Part shown: positions 48,830 through 61,424 of the stretch, one piece after another
Position numbering within the stretch: position 1 is the stretch's first letter
Layout of the letters: every line of letters starts with the position of its first letter
From: Squalus acanthias
Taxonomy: Eukaryota
Reading direction: 5' to 3'
Assembly (NCBI GenBank): GCA_030390025.1
Contig: CM059433.1
Location: 14,510,001 to 14,574,000 of the forward strand
DNA length: 64,000 bases
Notes under the pieces: model-generated
What the model saw: only the letters and a program-made list of their open reading frames with translations
Databases searched by the model: none
Told to the model about the DNA's origin: nothing
Translations under genes and position numbers: made by a program

Positions 48830-50899
48830 ACAACAGCAACATGTTCCCGTAAAGGTCAAGGGTGGGACCAACAAGCCCAGGGAACCCTGGATGTCAAGGG
48901 ATATACGAGAATGGATTAGGAAAAAAAGGGAGGCTTTTGGCAGATACAAAGGAGTAAAAACAGTGGAAGCCCTAGGGGAGTATAGAAAGTGCAGGGGGGT
49001 ACATAAAAAAGAAATTAGGAGAGCGAAGAGGGGGCATGAAATAACAGTGGCGGGCAAAATAAAGGAAAATCCCAAGGTGTTTTATAAGTATATTAAGGGC
49101 AAGAGGATAACCAGGGAAAGAGTAGGGCCCATTAGGGACCAAAGTGGAAATCTGTGTTTAGAGCCAGAAGATGAGGGTGGGGTTTTAAATGAATATTTTG
49201 CATCTGTGTTCACTATGGAGAAGGACGATGTAGGCATAGAAATCAGGCAGGAGGATTGTGATATACTTCAACAAATTAGTATTGAAAGGGAGGAGGTACT
49301 AGCAGTTTTAGCGGGCTTAAAAGTGGATAAATCCCCAGGCCCAGACGAGATGTATCCCAGGCTGCTATGTGAGGCAAGGGAGGAGATTGCAGGGGCTCTG
49401 ACAGAAATTTTCAGAACCTCTGGGCCACAGAGGAGGTGCCAGAGGACTGGAGAAAGCTAACGTAGTACCATTATTCAAGAAGGGTAGTAGGGATAAACCA
49501 GGGAATTACAGGCCAGTGAGCCTAACATCAGTGGGAGGGAAATTATTGGAAAAAATTCTGAGGGACAGAATTAGTCTCCACTTGGAGAGGCAAGGATTAA
49601 TCAAGGATAGTCAGCATGGCTTTGTCAGGGGGAGATCATGTCTGACCAATTTGATTGAATTTTTCGAGGGGGTGACTAGGTGTGTGGATGAGGGTAGTGC
49701 AGTTGATGTGGTCTACATGGACTTCAGTAAGGCTTTTGACAAAGTCCCGCATGGGAGACTGGTCAAGAAGGTAAGAGCCCATGGGATCCAGGGCAACTTG
49801 GCACATTGGATCCAAAATTGGCTTAGTGGCAGGAGGCAGAGGGTGATGTTCGAAGGTTGTTTTTGTGACTGGAAGCCTGTGTCCAGTGGTGTACCGCAGG
49901 GATCGGTGCTGGGTCCTTTGCTGTTTGTAGTGTACATTAATGATTTAGATATGAATGTAGGAGGTATGATCAGTAAGTTCGCAGATGACACGAAAATTGG
50001 TGGGGTGGTAAATCGCGAGGAGGGAAGCCTCAGGCTACAGGACGATATAGACGGGTTGGTCAGATGGGCAGAACAGTGGCAAATTGAATTTAACCCTGAA
50101 AAGTGTGAGGTGATGCATTCTGGGAGGACTAACAAGGCAAGGGAATACACAATGAATGGTAGGACCCTAGGAAGGACAGAGGATCAGAGGGACCTTGGTG
50201 TGCATGTACATAGATCCCTGAAGGCAGCAGGACAGGTAGATAAGGTGGTTAAAAAGGCATATGGGATACTTATATTCTATGCCTCGGCTAATGAAGGCAA
50301 GAGCAGGGAGGTTATGATGGAGCTGTACAAAACGCTAGTTAGGCCACAGCTGGAATACTGTGTGCAGTTCTGGTCGCCACACTATAGGAAGGATGTGATT
50401 GCATTGGAGAGGGTGCAGAGGAGATTCACCAGGATGTTACCTGGGCTGCAGCGCTTCAGCTATGAAGAGAGAATGGACAGGCTGGGGTTGTTTTCCTTAG
50501 AGCAGAGAAGGCTGAGGGGGGACCTGATTGAGGTGTACAAAACTATGAGGAGCATAGATAGGGTAGATAGAAAGGAACTTTTCCCCTTAGTAGAGGGGTC
50601 AATAACCAGGGGGCATAGTTTCAAGGTAAGGGGCAGGAGATTTAGAGGGGATTTGAGGAAAAACTTTTTCACCCAGAGGGTGGTTGGAATCTGGAACTCA
50701 CTGCCTGAAAGGGTGGTAGAGGCAGGAACCCTCACAACATTCAAGAAGCATTTAGATGAGCACTTGAAATGCCATAGCATACAAGGCTACGGACCAAGTG
50801 CTGGAAAATGGGATTAGAATAGACGGGGCTTGATGGCCGGCGCGGACACGATGGGCCGAAGGGCCTCTTTCTGTGCTGTATAACTCTATGACTCTATGA
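48830..50899 (+). mobile_element. CR1 LINE, 5'-truncated, near-intact ORF2 RT half
   Basis: ORFs 48801-49460 and 49516-50817 (YMDFSKAFD, GVPQGSVLGP, KFADDTK) separated by one frameshift; ACTCTATG tail repeats. Confidence 0.97.
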
Positions 50900-51070
50900 G
50901 TATCTGGTGTAACCAGAGGTCAGACGACATGATAATTAGAGAGGAGGAAGGCCATTCTGTCTATCCTAGTTAATCCAAAGAACCTAAAATCCCCTCATTG
51001 TAGCATACAATTGTTTGGAACTCACTTCCCCTGAACAGCAATTCTGCAGCATGTGAGAAATAGAATCAGA

Positions 51071-53445
51071 GGTCTAGAAATTTGTGGACTTAGCGCCACT
51101 CCGTAGCTGCTAGCGGGTCCCGCGGTGGCTGCCGTTTTCGTCCTTACCTCCGTGCTGCCGGTAACTGGCAGCACCATCCCGAACAAAAGTTAACCTGGCG
51201 TGCAAGCAGGCTGACAGTGGCGATGACTGCTTTCTTAAAGGGACACACACATTGTTCAGGTAAGTTTGGATTTAAGGTTTTGGACTGTATTTTCTTTTGA
51301 TCTTATTGAAGTGGTGGCTTGATGCAATAGATATGAAAAGTTTTTTAAGTGTATAGGGAGTGCTGCTGGGTGCTTGCAAGTGCTCGGATGGTAAATGAAG
51401 GCCTTTGGGAAGACAGCACGTGCTGCAAATACTCAGCAGGTCACGCAACATCCGTGGAGAGAAAAACAGAGTTCACGTCTCAGGTCGAGATGCTGCCTGA
51501 CCAACTGAGTATTTCCAGGATTTTATGCTGTCATTTCACATTTACACCATCTGCTTGCAGAGGGAAGAGGAAGACACAGAAGAGGAGGAAGCAGAAGGAA
51601 GGATGCATCCCAGAAAGCTCCTTTCTGGCCGGGATATCCGAGATTAAATCATCCACCTGTGGTCCCAGTGACCACAACCCCAATTCCCCTTTCAACATTA
51701 GTCCCACACCTTACCTTCCACCTGTTACTGACCATCAGATAAGAACATACGAATTAGGAGCAGGAGTCGGCCATTCGGCCCCTCGAGCCTGCTTCGCCAT
51801 TCAATAAGATCATGGCTGATCATCGACCTCAACTCCACTTTCCCGCCCAATCCCCATATCCATTGATTCCCTTAGTGTCCAAAAATCTATCTATCTCAGT
51901 CTTGAATATACTCAATGACTGAGCCTCCACAGCCCTCTGGGGTAGAGAATTCCAAAGATTCACCACCGTTTGAGTGAAGAAATTCCCTCCTCATCCTAAA
52001 TGGCCAACCCCTTATTCTGAGACTACGACCCCTGGTTCTAGACTTTCCAGCCAGGGGAAACAGCCTCTCAGCATCTACCCTGTCAAGCCCCTTAAGAATT
52101 TTATACGTTTCAATGAGATCACCTCATTTTTCTAAACTCTAGGAAACATAAGCTCCAATATGGAGACCCAATTTGTAGAGAGCGAGTGCTGCCATACAAC
52201 AACTTACATTTATATAGCGCCAGGACAAGCCTTCGGCATTTAACTTCTGCAAGAGACACCAGATCCAACAGTAGATCCATGAACCACAACATGTGTACCT
52301 ACAGTACCATCCTGCCCAGCCATCACAATGTCCTCTTGGCCACGATGCTGAAATAAAAGCCACCACAAAGCAAACTTTCCAATCCACCTATATATACGTC
52401 TATCCATCCAATGTGACATCAAGAGATCAACTCACCACCCATTTTCTTAGTGACTGTCTTGTGTGTGCCTTTGCCTATCCTACTGATGTCACTAGTGCTA
52501 CCCCAGTGGCTGCAGCATGGCTGGTGGAAGGCTGCTGATTTTCAGTGGGGGGCACTGCAAATGGCCTTGCTGGTTGACCTTGAGGAACTGGTGGCTGTGA
52601 GTGTCAAATCAATCGTCTTCTTCTTCTTGTTCTTATTCACTCTCCTCTCCCTCTTCTTGGTCACCCACTGGCTGGGCAGGCTGCATTTCTTGGGTGTGTG
52701 AAATGAGGAAGGCACAAGAGTGGAGTTGTACTGAGGGGAGGGCAGGAAAGCATGAGGTATATGCCAGAAGGAGGATAACTTTTGAGGATACTAGCATCTT
52801 GCATTCTTTCAGCCTCGACGCTGGCTAAGGCCTCAGCCATGCTCCTGCCAAGAATGGCCAGCACCGTCTCCTCCAAGGGGGTGAGGAGAGGCTAGGAATG
52901 GGAGATGTGCCTCGTGATTGGTGCAGATTGTTGGTAGGTAAATGATTGGGGGTGGGGGTCGTGCTTTGAACAGTGTCTCACAGTTGGTAGGAGATGGCTT
53001 TTGAAGATACATTCACTGACCCTGACCAGTGGTCTGAGGTCATGAAGCTTCTTTGGGCACTGGAGGTAGTTGGTGGGAGCAACACTGCTGGCAGTGACGG
53101 GCTCGGTGATGCACACCCACATCATTCTTTCAGGAGGGCCTCCTGGCCCTTGTGGGTAGAGGGCCTGTCTTGCAGTGTTGACCCTCAACACAAAGCTGGA
53201 GTGCTGCATGAAAGACCCTGGGTGACCCTTCCACGACTTGCTGAGCCATTTGTGTTAGTTCGGAGGCATTTTTCCCACTTTTTGAGGTTAGGAAGGGAAT
53301 TTAGCTTTAAGAGCTGAATATTCACATCTGGGACTTGTTCTTAATTTTAAATAATTTTTAAAAGGCAGAAAGGGCTGAAAACTGTATTGTTTCACTTCAT
53401 TTTAATTTGTATTACTTCATTCAGTGTGCATGGCCCCTTTAATTC
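51071..53445 (-). mobile_element. Harbinger non-autonomous element family E, truncated, with Myb remnant
   Basis: Left TIR GGTCTAGAAATT; reverse-complement homology to 58785-60842 including MMWVCITEPVTASSVAPTNYLQCPKKLHDLRPLVR. Confidence 0.8.
51738..52141 (-). mobile_element. CR1 LINE 3' fragment nested in family E element
   Basis: Reverse-complement CR1 3' end with ataagaacatacgaattaggagcagg tail. Confidence 0.93.
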
Positions 53446-53454
53446 TCAGGGCTT

Positions 53455-53787
53455 ATTTTTTTATTCGTTCATGGGATGTGGGCGTCGCTGGCAAGGCCAG
53501 CATTTATTGCCCATCCCTAATTGCTCTCGAGAAGGTGGTGGTGAGCCGCCTTCTTGAACCGCTGCAGTCCGTGTGGTGAAGGTGCTCCCACAGTGCTGTT
53601 AGGGAGGGAGTTCCAGGATTTTGACCCAGCGACGATGAAGGAACGGCGATATACTTCCAAGTCAGGATGGTGTGTCACTTGGAGGGGAACTTGGAGTTGG
53701 TGGTGTTCCCATGCGCCTGCTGCCCTTGTCCTCCTAGGTCAATAAGGTCGCGGGTTTGGGAGGTGCTGCCGAAGAACCCTTGGTGAA
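53455..53787 (-). mobile_element. Family Z LINE 3' end
   Basis: Reverse complement of the 5724-6014 sequence, with poly-T at the left end. Confidence 0.85.
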
Positions 53788-54289
53788 TTGCCAAGTACAT
53801 ATCCAATTGCCACATAGGCAAGAAGTGTATGCTAAACAGCACTCTCAAAATCACACAGATGTTAGGATAAATGCTAATAGTGGTTTCCAGGCTATAGTGT
53901 TTATACATTGCATTGTGCATGAAGATTCAGTAATCAATTACTTTACCACTCTTTATTTCAGAATTCAGTCAGCTGAATGACAGTCAGGGTTGGCCACGGT
54001 CTTTTGATATTCAACCAGTTGCTAACGTGCACCAATTGCCTTTATGTGCAAGCATGTTTTGTTTAAATGTCATAAAACAAATCAAAACCAATGATACATT
54101 TAAACATGGTTGTGCATTTTAATAATCTTATCGACTGTTGCATTTGAATGGTTTCTGGGATCAGTAACACCTGTCCTTTTTGTGGTAAGCCGTGATCGCA
54201 TCAGAATTCAGCAAAGCACTTGGATTTCACCAGAGGCGACTCATCACTCGCCAGAGAAAAGATGAGAGAAGAACGAATTAGTACTGAAA

Positions 54290-54560
54290 AAATACAATCA
54301 TCTGTTGGTCAGATGTCATGTCTGCAAGCTGTCGATCTAAATCGACGCACTTTTTGAAAAATGTGACTAAACTGTTAAGATGCTGTCGCCATAGGTTGTG
54401 TGGCCCGATCATGAGGATGGAGATAAGGGGCTTTCCTGCCTTGTTCCTCATGAAGAGGATGGACCGGCAAGGAGCAAAATCCATTCATAAACCCTGGATG
54501 TGAGTATAGGATTTTGATCCACTTTCTGAAAGTGTTGCTGATTGAGCACAGCGAGAAGGA
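54290..54560 (-). mobile_element. Ancient L1/Tx1-clade RT remnant
   Basis: Across frames: FRKWIKILYSHP...NGFCS..., GTRQESPLSP (cf. RGTRQGCPLSP), ATQPMATA (cf. AIEPLA). Confidence 0.55.
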
Positions 54561-54768
54561 ATCGCCACTCATGTTTGCTTTATGTTCACAGACAATTCTA
54601 GGGCAGGAATGGTCCTGTACTGGTGTATCTCACTCAATTGTTGCTTAGTGTTGTACTCATGTGAATCTCATTTGGTCTGTGTGAAACAGACCATGGGAAT
54701 AGCACAACTTAGCCTTTTTTAATTAACGAGTTATTAACGAGACAGTGGCTGCTTTGAAAGCATTCCAG

Positions 54769-55389
54769 CCACATAAATACTGTGGCTACAAGAGCAGGTC
54801 AGAGGCTGGGTATTCTGCGGCGAGTGTCTCACCTCCTGACTCCCCAAAGCCCTTCCACCATCTACAAGGCACAAGTCAGGAGTGTGATGGAATATTCTCC
54901 ACTTGCCTGGATGAGTGCAGCTCCAACAACACTCAAGAAGCTCAACACCATCCAGGAGAAAGCAGCCCGCTTGATTGGCACCCCATCCACCACCTTAAAA
55001 CATTCACTCCCACCACCACCGGTGTACCGTGGCTGCAGTGTGTACCATCTACAAGATGCACTGCAGCAACTTGCAAGGCTTCTTCGGCAGCACCTCCCAA
55101 ACCCGCGACTTCTACCACCTAGAAGGACAAGGGCAGCAGGCGCATGTGAACACCACCACCTCCAAGTCACACAGCATCCTGACTTGGAAATATATCGCCG
55201 ATCCTTCATCGTCGCTGGGTCAAAATCCTGGAACTCCCTCCCTGACAGCACTGTGGGAGTACCTTCACCACACGGACTGCAGCGGTTCAAGAAAGCAGCT
55301 CACCACCACCTTCTCAAGGGCAATTAGGGATGGGCAATAAATGCTGGCTTTGCCAGCAACGCCCACATCCCAGGAACAAATAAAAAAAA
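54769..55389 (+). mobile_element. Family Z LINE 3' fragment
   Basis: RAGQRLGILRRVSHLLTPQS..TIYKAQVRSVMEYSPLAW...KLNTIQEKAARLI...WNSLP, CR1-group ORF2 C-terminus; AATAAA and A tail. Confidence 0.88.
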
Positions 55390-55399
55390 GTCTTATACT

Positions 55400-58300
55400 T
55401 GGCTGCCTCAGCTGCTGGTTCCCCTACCTTGTATTCCCTCTATCTTCCCCACACTCTTATCCCCACCTTGTATCACTCCACAGCTTCACCCCGTCTCCCC
55501 CAGGCCCTCACAAATCTCATCTCTTATTATGAGACCCACTTCCTGCACCCATGAACCTTCCTAATATAATTACCGCTGTTTGACCCAATGCTCTTCGACA
55601 TCATCAATGCTTCTGTCCCCCACCTTTCAAGACTGCCGTGATTGTCCGTCTCCTCAGAAAACTCTTCCTTGATTTCAGTGTATCCAACTACCATCCTATC
55701 TCCAACCTCCCCTTTCTATCAAGTCCTCAAACATGCTACTACCATTGAACCCTCTTCTCCTATTAGTTCCATTTTGAGTGCTTTCAATGTAATTTCTGCC
55801 TTGCTTACAAGACCGAAACTGCCCTAGACAATGTGACCATCCTTTTGTGCCTTTAATATTCCTTCCATCCTTCTCCACTTCCTCTCCTTTATGGTATAAC
55901 TCCTTGGCACAGCCCTTAAATAGATCCATTCCTACCTGTCCCGCTGCATTGAACAAATTTCTTGTAATGGCTTTTCGTCGCACACCTATATGGTCACATC
56001 TGGCGTGCTCCAAAGCTTTATATTTGACCCCCTTCTTTTCCTTGCCTAAGTGCTACCTCACGGTGACATTCATAAGACATAGGGCCAGCTTTCACATGTA
56101 TTATGATGATGGACAGCTTTCCTGCTCTGCCACCACTCGTGACTGGTGGACCCTCACTGTGCTATCTGAATGCTGAGCTCATATCAAGACCTGTATAGTT
56201 AAGAATTTCTTTCAACTTAACATCTCCAAGACTGAAGCTATGGGCTGGATTTTTCCAACCTCGGCGGGTCCGGGGCGGGCAACATCGGTGGCGTGTGGGG
56301 ATCCCGCATCTGTCTCGATCACAGCCTCCAACAAGATATTCTGATGATGGGCCTTGTTAAGCCCGCCCTGCGAGTTTCCCAGCCAATTAATAGGAAGCGG
56401 GTCTGATGAGGTCATTTGATGAAGCGTCATCAGTCGGTTTCCTTAAAGGTTCCATGTCCAAATTGATTTTGACAGGTGTGCTGTCAATGATTGACAGCAT
56501 TGAGGTGCTGCAAACACTGACAAGCACTGCACAAAGGTGCACAACTGCTCTCCGAAGACTCCCTCCATCTGCTCATGGAGGGAGTCACAGCACGCAGGGA
56601 GGTTCTCTTCCCTTCCAATGGGCAGAAGCGACCTCCCCAGGACACCAACGCAGCCTGGTTGCACATTGCACAGGAGGACACAAGCAGGGATGTCATCAGG
56701 AGGACCAGGCTGCAGTGGCGCAAACCTTTCAATGATCTCAGTAGATCACGAAACGTTACTGCCATGCCACACTCAACCTCACCCTCCTGTGCCACTCATC
56801 ACATCCCCATCACTCTGCCTTCCCTACCCTACTCCTGCACATCCTTACTCACACCAACTTACCTTGCACCTCCACCCATCCCTCGCGATCTACATTATCA
56901 CTTCCCCATCTCACTAGCCACCCCTCACACTCACCCTAATCCTACTGCAAGCAGACCAACTAACAACACACAAGGGTAGGCACTTGTGTGTTTTAGCCAA
57001 TGTTCATGTCAAGTTTCTGGTAATGTGCTGTCAAACAAGAAATCTTTATTTTCAACACTTTGCGTTCTTGGACAGATTTGTGTGCACCTTTGAAAGTGGC
57101 TTAGTGAATTGCAGTGAATGGTGAGATATAACGGTCCCACCACCCATGTTGATGAGTGTGAAAGGAATGGCTTGGACATTGTAGGGATGCTTTATGGTGT
57201 TGGTGTGGGGTGGTGCCAACCTGTGGCAGCCAGGGTGTTCAGCATCAAGTGAAGTAAATCTGGACATGGTGAGTCCATCGCTGGCAGCAATGTGCACAGG
57301 GTGATGATGCCCGTTGTCCAGTGCAGCATCAGTTGATTGCGGGGAAGGTTGGTGTGGAAGTTGGTGCTGCTGGTGTGCCTGGTGATGTTGGTGTTGGGGC
57401 TGATCGTGGTGGGATTCTGAGGACCAAGGTGAGATTTTTTCAAGGGCACCGATGCTGATGGAATAGATGGCAGGTGAGGTTGCGATGACAGAAGTAATTT
57501 GTCAGTGTTGAGATAGTTTGTTCCAAGGAGGTGACAGTGGATAGAGAGATTACTCCAAACACTTCAAAAGTGCATAAAGCTCAAAAGTGGGTTCTAAATA
57601 CTGAAGGTTGAAGCTTCTGAGATTGGAAACTGACCTGCTGTAAAATGGCAGGTTTTAAACCACTTTTGCAGCTGTGACCTATTGAAAGAAATGGAGAGTT
57701 GTTCAGAACCCAACACACTTACCTGGCGTGATCCCCGAGCAACGGGAACCTCGTGGAAAACTTGGCAAAATGCTTTGGAACTGGGAAAATGGGGATTTAA
57801 TTACTTTAAACACCCTCCTAACAAACACAATTGAATGACTCGCCGCTTAGTGCCGTGTCTGCAAAGCGCAGGCAGAGCCGACACTTGGGAAACTGACAAG
57901 GAGGCGGGTTCAGAGCGGGATACCGGCCCGCTGTCAATCTTTTTGATTTTGACAGCGGACCCGCCTCCGAACCCGCCCTCTGAGCACTGGCGAAATTCAG
58001 CCCTATATTTCTGAAACTCTGCACAGTAGTATTCTACTCTCTCCTTATCTCCGGCAACTCTCTGAGCCCTGGTGTCCTGTTTCATTCTAAGCTGAGCTAC
58101 AAACTGCGCGTCCTTGCCAGCACCAATGCCGTCTTGTCAACTTCCTCAACATCGCCCACTTGTGCTTCTGCCTTGTCTCCACTGCCACTGACATGCTTCT
58201 CCATACTGTCATCACCTCCAGAATTGAATTGCAACACTCTGCTTGCCAACCTCCTTAATTCCACCCATCACAAATTGCAACTCACCCAAAACTCTGCTTG

Positions 58301-58740
58301 CATCCTATCCCACACTAAATCCCATTCCCACATTAGCCCTGTGTTCAGCAACCTTCACTGGTTCCCCACTTCTCAATGTATCAATATCAATGTTCTTATT
58401 CTTGTCTACAAACACCCAGTGGCCTCAAGGCTCCTTACCTCTACAAAGTTCTTCAGTCCTAAGTTGCTGTAAATGCCTCTGCTCTTTTGATTCTTGTCTT
58501 CTTTCCATACCACCGCCCCCCCCCCGCCCACCCCCCAGCCCCCCCACCCCCCGCCCCACTTCCCCCACCTTCTCTTTGTTCCACTTTTGGCTGCAGAGCT
58601 TCAGCTAGTTTGGCTGCTTCCTCTGGAACACACTCCCTATGACTCACCTTGTTATCCCCACCTTACGGTACTCCTGGTCCTGCTCTTAAGCTCAGCTAAA
58701 AAGCCGTTCCATCATCTCTGCCATGATCCTTCTCCCACTT
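55400..58740 (+). mobile_element. Very decayed L2 LINE, interrupted by a Harbinger element
   Basis: Remnants such as SFHMYYDDGQL (cf. YADDTQL), ttcaacttaacatctccaagactgaagc, and HKLQLTQNSACILSHTKSHSHISPVFSNLHWFP. Confidence 0.7.
56242..58003 (+). mobile_element. Harbinger non-autonomous element with Myb/SANT exon remnant
   Basis: GGGCTGGATTTT / GAAATTCAGCCC, TAT TSD; MEGVTARREVLFPSNGQKRPPQDTNAAWLHIAQEDTSRDVIRRTRLQWRKPFNDLSRS. Confidence 0.88.
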
Positions 58741-58784
58741 TCAGTACCTAACACCTACCAGCTCCTAGGCCTGTTAAATATTAT

Positions 58785-60842
58785 GGCCTGGAAATCCGAT
58801 ATTGCGGGAAAACAGCCGGTGCCACCGCGGGGCAAGGTTAACTCACACCCGTTAAAAAAAAAGCGCAGGCAGCACCGTTATTTTGGTGCTACCTGCTGAT
58901 TCAAATGATAGGAGCGCAGAACATACCATGCAACCCGCTGTTTCAGACGGTACTCTCAGCAGGCGGCCCAATGTAGCGTGGCCGCAGCGTTCCTGCAGCG
59001 AGGCAGCGTTGTCTTAAAGCTAGCTTGTCATTTTGGAAAGCAGTCTCGAGCCCTTAAAGGGGAACTGCCTTCTAAAATTAAAATCATTTAAAAATAGGCA
59101 GTCTTTAGCCCTTAGAGCTCAATTGTCTTCTGAAAAAAATAAACATTAAACATAATTCCAAAATGGTAGTCTGCAGCTCTTAAAGCTGAACTGCCTTCTG
59201 CATGTAAAAAATGGTAAAAATGCTTCAGCCTAACACAAATGGCTCAGCAAGCCAGGGAAAGGGAACCCAGGGTCTCGCACACAGTACTCCAGCTTTGTGC
59301 AGGGGGTCAACACTGGAAGAGAGGTCCTCTACCCACAGGAGGTCAGGAGGCCCTCCGGAAAGAATGATGTGGGACCACATCACTGAGGCCATCACTGCCA
59401 GCAGTGTCACCCCCAGGACCTGGCTCCAGTGCCCAAAAAAGTTGCATGACCTCAGACCAGTGGTCAAGGTCAGTGATTGCATCTTCAAAAGCCGTCTCCT
59501 ACAGCTCTTACTTTCCCGCCCTCCACTCACCACGACCCTACCGTAGTGCCTTCCTCATTTCAGATACCCAAGAAATCCAGCCTGCCGAGCCAGTGGTTGA
59601 CCATGAAGAGGGAGAGGAGAGTGAAGAAGAAGAAGAAGAAGAAACACAGTCACTGGATTTGACATGCCCAGCCACCAGCTCCTCGAGGTCAATCAGCAAG
59701 GCCATCTGCAGTGTCCCCCACTGAAAGTCAGCAGCCTTCCACCAGCCATGCTGCAGCCACTGGGGTGGCACTGTGTGACATCAGTAGGATAGGCAAAGGC
59801 ACACACAAGACAGTCACTAAGGGAATGCATATGGGTGATGAATTGATTGCTTGATGTCACATTGGATGCATATATAGATAAACTTGGATTGGAAAGTTTA
59901 CTTTGTGGCGGCTTTTATTTCAGCATCGTGGCCAAGAGGACGCTGTGATGATCAGTAACAGAGGGAAGGTAAGCTGTGGGGCTAATGTTGAAAGGGGAAT
60001 TGGGGTTTTAGCCACTGGTACCGCAGGCAGATGATTCCATCCCGGATATCCCGGCCAGAAAGGGGCTGTCTGGGTTGCATCCTTCCTTCTGCTTCCCCTT
60101 TTCTGCTCCTCTTCTGCTTCCTCCTCTTCTGTGAGCAGCTTGTCCCCTTTGCTGCCTCCGCTTCATCTCCATGTGCCCCCCAGGACTGTGAGCAAGTGGT
60201 CTTCTCAAGTGGCAAAATACTGCGGATGTTGGAAATCTGAAATAAAAGCAGAAAATGCTGGAAATACTCAGCAGGTCAGGCAGCATCTCGACCTGAAACA
60301 TTAATTCTGTTTCTCTCTCCACAGATGCTGCCTGCCTTGCTGAGCATTTCCACCATTTTCTGTCTTCTCAGAGGCCTTCCTTTACCATCCAAAGCCTTGT
60401 AAGCATCCAGCTGCACTCTTTAACAACTTTTTTAATGTATTGCACCAAGCCACTACTTCAATAAAATATTTTTTTTTAAGTTCAAAAGCTGAAATCCGAA
60501 CTTATCTGAAAGATGTGCGTGTCCCTTTAAGAGGCACTGCTGGCGTCTCTGCAGGGCTGCTTCGTGCACGTTTTTCTGTGTGTACTTAGGACAGGGCGCT
60601 GTGGCGTGTGAGAGCATCCAAAATAGCAGCCGTGGCGTCAAGTCAGCCGCTGCATGCCGATTCACATCACGATCTGCTCATTTAAATTTGAGAGGTCGGC
60701 GCTGGCAACGGCAACGCTAGGGCCCTCACCAAAATGGCGGCCGCGGTGTCCCGCTCCAGAAGTGGGCAGAAGCGAGGCGGCCGCCATTTCTTCAACAAAA
60801 CCGGCCTTTACGGCTGGCGCTTCACCAGAGAATTTCTAGGCC
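58785..60842 (+). mobile_element. Harbinger non-autonomous element family E, full length, with Myb remnant
   Basis: GGCCTGGAAAT / ATTTCTAGGCC, TAT TSD; MMWDHITEAITASSVTPRTWLQCPKKLHDLRPVVK|GTCAGT; embedded Penelope-like remnant at 60213-60365. Confidence 0.88.
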
Positions 60843-61260
60843 TATGTTCCAGAAGTTGCACAGAAAACATGGGTGTTTCAGTTAGAAAGGCCTAAAAAGA
60901 GAGCGGAGTCTCCAATTGGGGGTGGGGTGGCGGGGGGTGGGGGGGGGTGATAAAGCGAATCTAAATGTAAACATGTACCATCTGGCCTTAGAGAATGCTA
61001 TAGTAACCTTTTGTCCTGTTAGTTGCTTTTTGCAGTCCTAAGTTCAGTAGTTAAATCTTAGAATTAAATATAAAATGGAACTCAAGATAAAGATTATTTT
61101 GCATAAAATGAATTTCTTAACTATTTCTCAATCTTAATTTCTAACAACAGCATGGTGAAATAAGTCAACAGCAGCACCTTGCCTGAGCTGCAGACATGCC
61201 AGTCAATACCAGATCCTTCGTTGCCCAGCCTAACCCAGGAGCTAAGACCAAACAAATTAC

Positions 61261-61327
61261 CTGCAGCTTATGCACAGCCATTAAGGTTAATCTACAAAGG
61301 CCTTCTCTCACAAGCAGTGTCCAATGA
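61261..61327 (-). other. Candidate 67-nt exon
   Basis: atacattttgtgtAG|TCATTGG...AAGCTGCAG|GTAATT; one open frame HWTLLVREGLCRLTLMAVHKLQ. Confidence 0.2.
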
Positions 61328-61424
61328 CTACACAAAATGTATACATGTATGAAAAAGAAATGGCTATCTTCAGCTTCAGGAAGGAAATTATACTTCACCA
61401 TTCAGGCAAAAAAATGGAGATAAT

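Noticed and set aside
39587..50780. Numerous 60-150-aa ORFs opposite LINE ORF2 sequences
   Set aside because: Antisense shadows of CR1, L2 and RTE coding sequence.
51071..60842. A single 9.8-kb composite transposon bounded by outward-facing family E TIRs
   Set aside because: Outer flanks differ (AGA vs TAT) and the right element has its own TAT TSD, so the insertions were independent.
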